NCBI GenBank assembly: GCA_965287045.1
Contig: OZ336879.1
Span: 61,814,001 to 61,878,000 of the forward strand
Source: Carcharhinus amblyrhynchos
Taxonomy: Eukaryota
Length of the DNA stretch: 64,000 nt
Direction of reading: 5' to 3'
This document shows positions 39,501-51,500 of this stretch, in pieces. The position numbers and the translations under genes are program-made. Within the stretch, counting starts at the first letter, position 1, and every line of letters starts with the position of its first letter. The notes beneath the pieces were generated by a model. It made no database searches and had not been told where the DNA came from. It saw only the letters and a list, made by a program, of their open reading frames with translations.

Positions 39501-42500
39501 CAGATAAAAATGTTGAAACAAGACAAAACGTTTTTGGGTATATTTTTAGGAAATATAAACTAAAAGTTAATATATCAGATTTTAGTGATCTGATTTATGT
39601 AAAGTAATTGTGGATTCTGTGAGTACAATATGTTCAGCACGATTGTTGATCTGTTATTTCCAAATGAAAGAATACTGGGCAGCATAAAATGAATTCTTTC
39701 ATTTGTGAATCAAGACTGTAAATTCTCAGCTTTGTTGTGATGATGTCCATTAGACACACACATCACATGATCTCTGTTCTTGTGTTTCTTTTCACATCAC
39801 CAAGTCACGGAACAAAATGCGCCGGTGAAGTGGCAATGGAGGCCAACAACAGCTTCTGTGGGGTTGGAATTGCATACAATGCAAAGATTGGAGGTAATTC
39901 AATGTGCCACGTCATTGGGACAAATGCGGATAAATTCCTATATCTTCTGTGTTGTGCCAATGCATTTTGTTCTGGTGGAATTGCAGCTGCAGTGACACAC
40001 TGGGCTGTTCACATGAGCGTTTTCTTGATGCTCACGGATCGCAGGGGTGCCATTTTGACTATACAGCACAGCCTCTATGCCATTTTCTTCTGATTTTAAT
40101 AAAGTTTATGTCAGCAAATTTCTAAATATAAAACTCGATTTTCAGCATTCCCAGCACAAGTGGAATGTAGTGCAGGATCGGAGCTGCTGTATTACAAACA
40201 CATTAAATCGAGGAGTGAAACAATGGTATTACTGTGATTGGCAGTCACACTGTTGTGGAACTCTTGGTATACTCTCCAGAACATTCATTTTCAATTTTAA
40301 TTGCCTTTCTGTGTCACTCTTGTTCCTGTTGCTGATGTGACTGTCACTTATATTTTTAAATCTGGTTTGTTTCCTTTATTAAAGACAGTGAAGCAGAATG
40401 TTACACCGATAGCACAGCAATCCAATGACAGTAATGAACTCCACAGCAGCTGTATATTAGGCCTTGTACCATGCCAGCTATCATTTTAGTGCTCATCTTT
40501 GCCTCATGCCAAAGGTCTGGGTAAATACTGTGATATACAAATGCGTAAAGGTTCCTTGCTGCTGAATTACAGCATCAGAACAAAGGCTGATGCACACTAG
40601 TGAATAGCGGCTATTGTGTAGGCTGTTCTGGATGTGAGGGAATTACATCTAATCCTGATCCTACCCTCACCTGACATCTGTTTGCACATCTACCTCCAGC
40701 AGGGGTCATTCAGTACTGATTAGGAGTGAAGGAGCTGATTGTTTTTCATCTTTCTGAACTGCAGGACAATGCAGCTGTTTTAATGTTGTGTGCATATTGG
40801 ACAGGTGGGGGTTGGAAGTTGAACAGGAGGCCCAAACCATTTTTGTGGTTGAGCTTCGTAGTAAGATTCACAGTTGTCAGGGTTATTCCTACTACCGACA
40901 GACAGTTCATCCTTTGGGAGGACAAATACTCCAATGGAACTGCATCTATTTAATGGCAACCTGCACCTCTCCTTAAAATCAGCCCCTATCTCTTAAAGAA
41001 GAAGTCCTTCCTTTTAGGTTTTCTGCTGTGAAAGTTCTTACTGAGCAGGTAAGCAGCAGGAAGATAGTCTTCACTCCCTGTGATGGGTACTATAAACTCT
41101 GATATAGCAATGCTGCAAAGTGGCTGCTGAAGTCGATGCAAGCAGCATTGCTCCCAAAAGCAAAATATTCATTGACTTGAACATTGCTTCTAAGGCCAGG
41201 CTCGCATACACAAATCTGTCACTGCTCAGCTGTGCAACACCATGCTTAGCTCCAGTACTGCCAATCCTTCCATCAACCACTGCCCATCGCTCTCTCTCTC
41301 TCTCTCTCTCCTTCAGGCACACAGACTTCAATGCAGCTGCTTCCACTACTGCTGACCTTCATTAGCACTTGCTAACCCTTGTCCCTCTTCCCTGTCTCCA
41401 GATCCTTCAGAAGAGTGTGTGCCTTTTTATTGCTGACCTGTGCTGAGTTACCATCTATTATTAAATACATATCAGAGGTGAATTCCTGCAGGGTTTCTCC
41501 TGCTCATCCATAGTAACTACAGCAGAATACATGCAGAAACTAGGGGAAAAGGGAACAAATACTGTAATGCCATTATCCCCAAGCTTTCAGCAGTTCTTCC
41601 ACTGCTGTAATAGTGGCTGGGCAATGTACTTCCAAAGTGAATCCATGCTTACGTGATCTAAATGCTGGAGTAAAAAGAGAAAGAGGAGCAACAAGAGGTT
41701 AGAAAGGAAGCCAGCCGAGAGCCATGCTGTCTAAGCAGGAGCTGTGCAGTAACTTACCAGCCCATTTCCAAGACCTTTTCCGGAAGCTCTGTCCCTTCTT
41801 TTCATGGCAGGAAAACTGTGATCATCACTGTTTGCTCTGCAGCCTGGGCCTGACATTTCTTATGTCTTTGCTCATATATCAAAGTCTACTTCCATTTCTG
41901 GATCATTTGGTCCTCTTTGTGCTGTCCCTCACTACGTGTCCATTCATTCTCCTCATTCTCTGTATGCTCCCTTGAGTGGGTTGGGACTGCTGGCTGCAAG
42001 GGGATAAAAGGAAGATTGGGGTGAGTGAATGGCCACTTTTATAGTCAATATTCTCCACTGTAACCTGGCTGCAGCCTTTAGGGTAAACTGTTCACTTTAA
42101 GGAGACAGAGTGGCACAGTGGTTAGCACTGCTGCCTCACAGCACCAGAGTTCTGGGTTCCATTCTGGCCTTGGGTGACTGTGTGGAGTTTGTATGTTCTC
42201 CCCGCATCTGTGTGGGTTTCCTCTGAGTACTCCAGTTCCCTCCCACAGTCCAAAAATATGCAGATTAGGTGGATTGGCTATGCTAAATTGCCCCTTAGTA
42301 TTAAAAGAGATGCATGTTAGAAGGATTAGACATGGTAAATGCCTGGGTGAGATATGGTTTTAGAGAGCTGGTGTAGCCTCAATGGGCTGAATGGCCTCCG
42401 ACTGCACTGTTCGAATTCTATGATTTGTGCGTTCAGCATTGTATCCAAATCAGCTACTTTATAGATTGCATATGAGCAAAGATTCATTATATATTAAGCA

Positions 42501-45500
42501 AGAAAATATCTTCATTCTCATCGAAGAAACAAAAACCATCACATCGCCAACTGCCAGGATATTGTTGATTCCATTTATTGTCATCATTTTCTTTGCATAG
42601 ATTGTGAAATGTTGGATGTCGGCACACTCCACCACTTTCCCACTCTACGGTAGTCTGGCATTCCCTAGCACTGTTCATTATTTACTCCTGCAGGAAAAAT
42701 CCAAGCTGTTACTTAACCAGATTAAGTGGACAAAAGCAGACAAGATTTGTGGAATGGATGTTAGTAATGGTCAGTGTAAAGGAGTAAGGAGCTAAGATGT
42801 GAGACTTTACAACACGTTATAGGCTGCAAGACATATGACATGAATGGTGCTAGGTAAAATTACTCTGCAATGAGGAACATCAGCTATGGGATGCTCAACG
42901 GTGAATACTCAAGCATGTGTTTCTTTGTGATTCATTTGCTGTTATTAATCTGAGAATCCTCTTGCTTTTGGTGATTAAACTCACTCGATACTGCAAGATC
43001 CTTCAGATTATGGAGGTCCTACTCACAAACATTGCTTTCCATGTAGCGTACACTGCTACAAGAAAGTGAAATGCTTGCCTTACCCTTTAAAGAACTTATC
43101 TAGCCCTTTAATTTCATGTGACGTAATAAGGCTTACTCAGTCACACTTGCATCACCAGGAAGCAGGAACTGAAATGAAAGGTTAGTAATAAATTAGCCAT
43201 AAATCTGACCCTGTCACCTGATGAATGGTGACAAGATTGCTTTTTAGGATGATCAAATCAAATACAAATAAAGGCAATTACTTGAATGATAGTTATGGAA
43301 ACAGAACGATATGACCCCATTCTCATCTTGAATAGACCTGACTAATATCCTTTTTGTGGCTTTACCTCTAATCTTGGGAGCGTAGAAGCACCATAAGAAC
43401 AGGGGTAGGTTATTCAACTATCCAGGAAAATCATGGTTGATCTGTAACTCCATCTGTTTGTCTTGGCAGCATATCCTTCTATACCCTTGCCTTACAGATT
43501 TATTGATCCTAGATGTAAAATTAGCTGTGTTAGCATACACTGTTTTTGATTGGACTTCAACACCACTACCATTACAATGAAGAGTTTTGTAACTTCTTTA
43601 CTAAATAGCCGAGCTCTGATTTTAATATGTCAACTTGTCCAGGGTCACCCCCCAGCTTGAAAAGTTTCTAAATATCCCAAAAATACCTTGCAAAATCCTA
43701 ACAACTTTCATCAAATCACTGCATAAGTTCTACATTCTAGGGAATATAAGCCTAGTTCATGTGATCTTTCCTCATAAACGAACCCGTGGGACCCTGATGA
43801 ATTTGCACTGCACACCTCCCAAAGGTGTGAAACCCAGATGTGGCCCTACCAGAGCCTTGTGTAGCTCTAGAAAAATGTCCTTGCCTTTTCTTTAGTTATA
43901 AAAGCTAATTAATATTCCATTAGTCCTTTTAATTAATTTTAGTAGCTGACAACTCCATTTTAGTGATCTATTTTCTTGGAGCCCTAAATCTCATTGGACC
44001 TCTGCACATTTAAATAGCACTGAGATGTATCCTTCACTGGTTTAATATAGATGACTTCACTCTTAGCTGTATTGAAATCTTTCTGCTTCAGTGTGGTTCT
44101 CTCACTGAATCTATTAATGTTCCTTTGCATTTCTATTCTGTCATCTGCATACCTTACTATACCATCAATCTTTGTGACATCAGCAAATCTGGATAGATTG
44201 TGCTATCTCTTGGTCATACATATCGTAAATAGTAAAGACCCAATCAGAGAGTCTTGTGGGATATAACTTCCTGCCTATTCGAGAATCCCACTAAGTGGGA
44301 TTTTGTAGCTTCGTTTGAGCGAGATCGAAAATTCCCGCCCGAGAGTAACGGACATTTCCGTTGTCTGCATCTTTCCCGCTCCAATTCCGTGGCGGGCGGG
44401 CTGTAGAATTCTGGCAATTATCTCTACTCTGTCACCACAAGATTGCACAGGGCCTGAAAATGGGTGTGGAAGTGGCATTTTGGGATTACAATGGCTGCAT
44501 AAAGACAAAATGCTGCAGATGTTGGAATCTAAAACAGAAACTCAGATGGAAGATCATCTAGACTTGAAATTCTCTCTCCATAGATGCTGTCAGGCCTGCT
44601 GAGATTTTCTGGTTTTGGTTGAGTGGTTGCGTGCCTGAGCAGGAGACATTTGCTTGCACGAGTTAAAGCTTGCCTACACTAATTGTAACCAGCTGACACC
44701 ACTTAAAAAAGAGGTGCATTGTGGCTAGAGCAAATGCTGGAAATCTTTTTAAAAGTAATTATGATCTGGCAACATTCAATAAGCTCAGATGGTTACAGCA
44801 TGATGCAGTTACGTTCAGATCATGGATTTGATATCTGTGCTGGCAAGATGACTGGGTACTATCCTTTTGTCAGTTTAGTCATGACTAAGCGATTAAGGCG
44901 TTGGACTTGAAATCAAATGGGGTCTCCCCACAAAAGTTCGAATCCTGCCAACTATGTACTCCCTGCCTATGACTGCACTAATCTGAAAATGCCCGAATTT
45001 GTCTGATAGAATATCATAGAATTATGATATTCTATCAGACAAGTGCAGAAGGTGCAGAAGGAGACCATCGAGTCTACACCAACAATCCCACTCAGACCCT
45101 GAGCCTAAGGATCAATTTAGCATAGCTAATCAACCTAGCTCTTGCATCTTTGGAGTGTGGGAGGAAACCAGAGTACCCAAAAGAAACCCATGCTGACATG
45201 GGGAGGATGTGCAAACTCCACACGATCACCCGAGACCAGAATTGAATCCGGGTCCCTGGCACTGTGAGGCAGCAGTGCTGACCACTGTGCCAGTGTCTTG
45301 CCCATGGATCTTGGGAAGCTAAGTAGACTCAAACCTGGTTAGTATTTGGATGGGAGACCATCTAGGAATATTAGGTGCAATAGGTTTTTGGGCCTTGGTA
45401 GCTCAGTCTGAAGAGCATCACACTTGTGATCTGGGGTTCAAGTTCAAGTCTGGGAACTGCTTCTGACTAAAAGTGTTCCCTCCCCATGAAGCAGCTGGAA

Positions 45501-48500
45501 AACTGAGCAATAAATGCAGAATGTTGCAGAGAGAGTGGAAGAAACATAAAAAGAAATGATAACTGCAAAGCATATGGGAAGATGATGGCCTAGTGGTATT
45601 ATCGCTAGACTATTAATCCAGAAACTCAGGGTTCGAATCCTGCCACAGCAGATGGTGCAATTTGAACTGAGTAAGAAATACCTGGAATTAAGAATCTTCT
45701 GATGACGATGAAGCCATCGTCGATTGTCAGAAAAACCCATCTGGTTCACTAATGTCCTATAGGAAAGGAAATGTACCATCCTTATCTGGTCTAGCCTACA
45801 TGTGGCTCCAGGTCCACAGCAATGTGGTTGACTCTCAACTGCCCTTAGGCAAATAGGGATGGGCAATAAATGCTGGCCAGCCGGTTGACGCCCGTGCCAT
45901 ATGAATGAATAAAAAAAACGCATATGGCAGAGAATGGCCTATAAGATTTGATGTCGCCGCACCTGAGGCATTGATGCAGGAGGTGGAGAAGAAAGTAACA
46001 TCAACCATCCTCACGGGGCCAGAACTTCATCCAGATAAACTTCGCAAAGATTATGGGATCAGATAGTCCATTGCTGTCTGAATATCTATTGCTTCTATCT
46101 GAATAGAAGTCATGCAGTGCCTTTAATCTACAGTAGAAGCATATGTTTTTGTAATGCTAGGTTACTATGGAAGCTCAGACTGCTCTCATCCTAGCTCATT
46201 GCCACCAAACAAGCTCAGCTTGCTGCCATCGTAACTATGCTATCAGTTGCAGAGTATCATTGTTTCAGATAATCACTGCATTTACCATGCAACAGTGATG
46301 CTACTTCAAAAGAAATTTGTTGTGTGAAATGGAACATTCTTCTAACGTTTCAACATAAATGCAAGGATCGTTTTTCTGTTTAAGGCATTCGTGTCTTGGA
46401 TGGGAAAGTGACTGATGCCTTAGAAGCTGCCTCTCTCACCTATAACAACAATTATATCGACATCTACTGCTGCTGCTGGGGCCCCAAAGACAATGGGAAG
46501 AAACTCGATGGGCCGAGGTCACTGGCAGCCAGGGCACTAGAGAATGGAGCAAAGAAGGTAAGAGATTTACAAATAGATATTACAGATGGACTAGTTTTAA
46601 ACAATTGATCCACAGTGGAGTGAATAATGTCAGTTATAAATATAAGTTGGCCTGAAGTTCTGTCACGATAGAGAGCGGAATGGTGCAAGAGTCCAAAAAC
46701 TGGTGTAAATCTGTAATTAAGTAGTTTGGAATAGAACAAGATTTTGGCGTTGGATGACTTTGTCAAAGATAATGACCCATAACTTCCTGGCTCTCCAGTG
46801 TCAGATTTGGGGACCCCAAAGGTGCACTGGGAAATCCCTCTCAGATCTTCCCAGATATCGTATTTACATGACAATTGTCCAGAAATGCTAGCTTCCCCTG
46901 GACAATTACAGTGCACTGGGAACCATGTGACCAAGTGATTTAAATAACTAACTTTGGACAGTGCCACCAGTGTTTCGCTGAGAAGGTAGAATTTTCCTGT
47001 TGTTTTCCAGTGTCAGGCTCTGACTGAAAACAAGCATGTTTCACTCCAGGTGCACAGCTAGATCTGCAATCCAGATTTTCCAGCACTTCATGCACAGGAA
47101 ATCCAGATGCACAGGAATTCCAGGGGAACAGGAAATCCAGGGACATGGTTTATGGCATCAGACTGACAAGGAAGCGGTGGGGAGGCTGATTAAGTCGGCC
47201 TCGCTGATTCCACAGGGATCAGGGTATCACCTTGAAAGAGTTCCCCTGCTCCCGAAAAATAGAACTATCGGGGCTCTCACCACCCCCACAACCACACAAA
47301 TATTAGCGGCACTCTTTCCCCACCTCAAACAAACACGTATCAGGGGCACTCTCGGTCACCGATCCCCACCACTGTGGCAGTATAGTGAGCATTCTACCTC
47401 CTTGTCTCCATCATTCCTCTCGCTGCCCTCTCCCGCCCGTCACTGCCCTCTCCCGCCCGTCACTGCCCTCTCCCGCCCGTCACTGCCCCCTCCCGCCCGT
47501 CACTGCCATCTTCCCCGCCCGTCACTGCCCTCTCCCCTCCTCCCTGCCATCTCCTTTTTTAACTGACTTTCCCCCTCACTGCCATCTCTGCCCCTTAGTG
47601 CCCCCCTTGCTGCCATTGTTGCCGTCACCACACAGGAAGAAGCTCCCCAGGAAAGCACACCCCAGCACCGCTTGTGGCCCAGTTTAGCATTGCCAGGTTG
47701 GCATTGCCAGAGGGCTGCATTTACCTTGGCGCCCCGGAGACTCTGCCTCGACTGATTCCTGTTCTTATATTGCTGTTGTAAACCCCACCGACGTGTCACA
47801 TTGACCACGTATGAATATTTAGTCTGGGGGAATCATGTGGCTGGGAAGCCTTAATAACATACTAATGTAGGAAAATAAATAGAAATGACATTCCCGGTAA
47901 AGGGCTGGAAGAATCAGGAAACAGGATCCTGCCGGCAAGAATCTTGTTTTTCAATTCTTGTGGGATTAGACCTCTGTGTCGCCGTTTATCCTCGTGATAC
48001 ACATGATGTAAAATCCCCCTCATAGTTACACAGAAAGAGTTAGAAGAAATAAAATTATTTTTAACTTATATGTAACTATTCTAAATATCCCAACTGATCT
48101 CCGGACGAATACCTCCATATCACACCACCCCCAAGAGGTCTACCCCAACATCCCTTTCTTCCCACCCCCGACTAACCACTCTCCCATGGTATTACCCACC
48201 CCCTGATTCTCCATGGGACTGCCCCCAAATCTCAGACCTGACTCTCATCACTAAGCCAACTGCCTGACCCATTCCACCGCAACCACCCCGACCCTGACCT
48301 AGTTGGACCATCCTTCTGACCCCTCTGACCTGGCCAGACACTCCCAACACAATATTAACCAGACCCAACTCTCACCCACCAGACCCACATCATCCGATCA
48401 CCACTTCCACCACCTCCACCCCACCCTCCCCACCCTAACCTTCAACCCCCAATGCCCAAGCCGATAACTGCACAATGTTCTGTATCGATCGCAACTCCTC

Positions 48501-51500
48501 AGATAATGAAGCTGCCTAATTGCCTGCAGCAAGACCTGGACAACATTTAGGCTTGGGCTGATTAAGTGGCATGTAATATTCATCCCATACAAGTGCCAGG
48601 CAATGACCATCTCCAATAAAGAAAAATATAAATACCTCCTCTTCACATTCTCTAATGCTCTGTACTAATTACTAAATGCAAAGCTACAATGCATTCACGG
48701 TTCGATGACTTCACTTCACAAACCAGCTAGACAAGGGTTACGTGGGATTAGCAAATACATGGGAACACCATCACCTACAACCTCTTACACTATTCTGACT
48801 TGGAAAGATTTTGGAGTTCCTTCATTGTCACTGGGTCAAAAAGCCCTAGAACTCCCTCTCTAACAGCACAGTTCAACCTGTAGACTGCAAGACCCCTTAC
48901 CACCGCCTTCAGTCCTCCCTCGCTGCCACTTCCTCAAGGGTAACACATAGTTACTGACCTTGCCATAAATTAATTAAAAAAACATTTTGAAATCTGTGTG
49001 TGCAGGGAAGTGTGGACATGAAAGATGTTGTCATTTTCAGTTTTGTTAGCAAAGACATCATCTGGCAACTGTTGAACCTATTAAAAACAGTACATTTTGC
49101 TTAGGAGAAGAACATCTTTCTCTTTTTGTTTTATAGGGTCGCAGTGGGAAAGGAAGCATTTTTATCTGGGCCTCAGGAAATGGCGGTTTGCTTAAAGATC
49201 ACTGTGGGGCTGATGGATATGTGAACAGTATTTTTACAGTGGCAGTTGGAGCTGTCAGTAACTTTGGCCTCAGCACCTTCTACTCAGAGGCTTGTCCAGC
49301 AGTTATGGCAGTAATTCCTACGGGAGGAACGAGTAACTCACCATTGGCAGAGGAACAAAGCTTGGTGAGTCAGTCTAATGTTGTAAAAATGGAATTCCGA
49401 AATATTAAATAGAAGTGGATTATAATTACTGCAGTGTTAGAAAACTGTAAAGTGGCAATCTATTTCTCAAAGCACTTTTGTTTCCAACTGGCCCCAGTAA
49501 GTCTCATGTCCTAAAAGTATTTCAGTTATCTAATTTTTTTTAACAGTTAACTTCTGCATTGCAGGAGAAGGTAGTTTATGTGATGAGACTTCTTTGTGTA
49601 GTGATTTGAAATTTCCAAATTTATCACTTTGGTAGATATAATACTGGAGATCTTGTTGTGCAGTAGGCCATGTCCCTGCTGCTGAGCCAGAGGAGCTCCA
49701 GGTTCAAGTCCCATTCCAGGCCAAGGAAGGCGTGTTCATAATGAAGCCAAGTAGGTTGAGTATCAACCTGCAAATCCTTCTAATGTATGCCAATGGCAGG
49801 TGGTAAAAGTGGGAGGGATTTCAGGCCCACCATGTGGTGGAGAAAAATTGGACCCTTTTCCATCACTATCCATAGCTCCACACTAAAACTTGCATGTAGA
49901 AATGTATGTTGCCCCAGAAACCCAGAGAAAGCCCACGCAGACATGGGGAGAATGTGCAAACTCCACACAAACAGTGACCCGAGGTCGGAATTGAACCCAG
50001 TTACCTGGCGCTGTGAGGCAGCGGTGCTAACCACTGTGCCTCTTCAATAGATTGACTAATGTCTGACCACCAGGCTGACTGCTGAACTTTTACTTAGCAT
50101 TTCACTATTGCCAAGTGATCTTGATGGATTTTCGAGAGAATGGTCTTTTGGGGATGATACTCCATCATTAAAAACTAAGAAATCATCAATGGTTGTGAGA
50201 CATTTTCTTTGTTTGAAGAATTGACAAGGTATTGGGTTATTAAGAGTATAAATCTGTTTGGCAATGCTCTTTTACTTGGATGCTGCTGTTGTGTTTGCTT
50301 AATCTCTCAAGTTCTCTATTCTGTGGCTGGTAAGTGCTCAGTAATGAGTGAAGTATATGCTCACAATTAGTAAATAAAATTTAAATCTTCCAGTCTGACT
50401 CCTTCCACTGGTATTCTTAATAATGCATCTGTCATTGTCTGGTACTTCCCCTGAACATATTCACTAACAGAAACATATCTCAGGAGTTCAATGTTAAGCA
50501 TTGAACTCTAGTGGCATTTTTGAAATTTCCTTTTGGTTAAGAAGAGTTTTCAAAGGTTTTTAGACAGTTTCAATTTTAAGCCTTAATCTCATGATGTAGT
50601 CAGAGAACTTCTCACAGGCTCATGTGGCTGCTTATGCTTCTTTCTAATGATTTCACACCTTTTCTCAGTTTCCATATGTTATATATTTAAGTAGTTGCCC
50701 TAAGAGTCCGTCAGGTGATTTGATGGTGAAGTCATGAGGGTCTTTCACAGGCTGCTATTTTAATTTCAGTTTCTGCTCTGCATGTCAAAGATGCTTTGCA
50801 GAAATCTCAAGTATTGGTTCATTTTAATCCAAAGCTACCATTACGGCTTACTTGCGATGCTTCACTTTACGGAGAAGGGGCAGTAATTTCACATATTATG
50901 CCTTTGGGAGAAGAACGACCAAAAGGTTTTGCTTCACTTACTCTGATTAGTGCTGAACCTAACAATGATCAGCTAGCAAAAGAAGCATTGAGTATAATTT
51001 CTGGCCCTAGAAGATTTCAATATTATCTATATGGTTGTCATCTCACGTTATTGATTAATTATCGACCCTTAGCAATTTTTGGGCCAAATATGGCACACCA
51101 TTGTTAGCTTCCAGTCAATTGCAAAGATGGCCATTGGCTCTTTTCTATACACCCTTACAATATAATGTATCGTAAATCAGAGTGCCCTGCTAATTCTGAT
51201 GCATTATCACACTCACTTTTACCTATCAAGCAGATACCAACACTTAGTTTTGCTTATCTTTATTTTTCGCTAATAGATTAACAGCCAGTGACAGCTTGTC
51301 AAGCTCAGAGACATATAGAAGTGATCCTGTGATGGGGAAGGTGATGGATTTGGTATTCAAAGGAATGATAACGCAAATGCATCGTACACTTCCTGATTTG
51401 AAACCATATTTGTCAAGAAAGTTTATGTTGGCTGACCAAGGTGGATGTCTTTTCTAGGGAATCATTCCTCCTCGTCTGCAAGGAAGAATTCTTGCACAAT

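Noticed and set aside
39737-40093. 118-aa ORF as a single-exon gene
   Set aside because: Only 39805-39893 is homologous to convertases and bounded by splice sites; the rest is intronic read-through.
44875-44956. Functional tRNA-Ser gene
   Set aside because: The acceptor, D and T stems and the A-box carry multiple mismatches; treated as a pseudogene.
46464-46967. 167-aa antisense ORF overlapping a convertase exon
   Set aside because: No homology signal; partly the shadow frame of the real exon.
47036-47808. Overlapping 100-176 aa ORFs with [10 protein letters not shown] repeats
   Set aside because: Produced by the 20-bp minisatellite and GC-rich repeat DNA.
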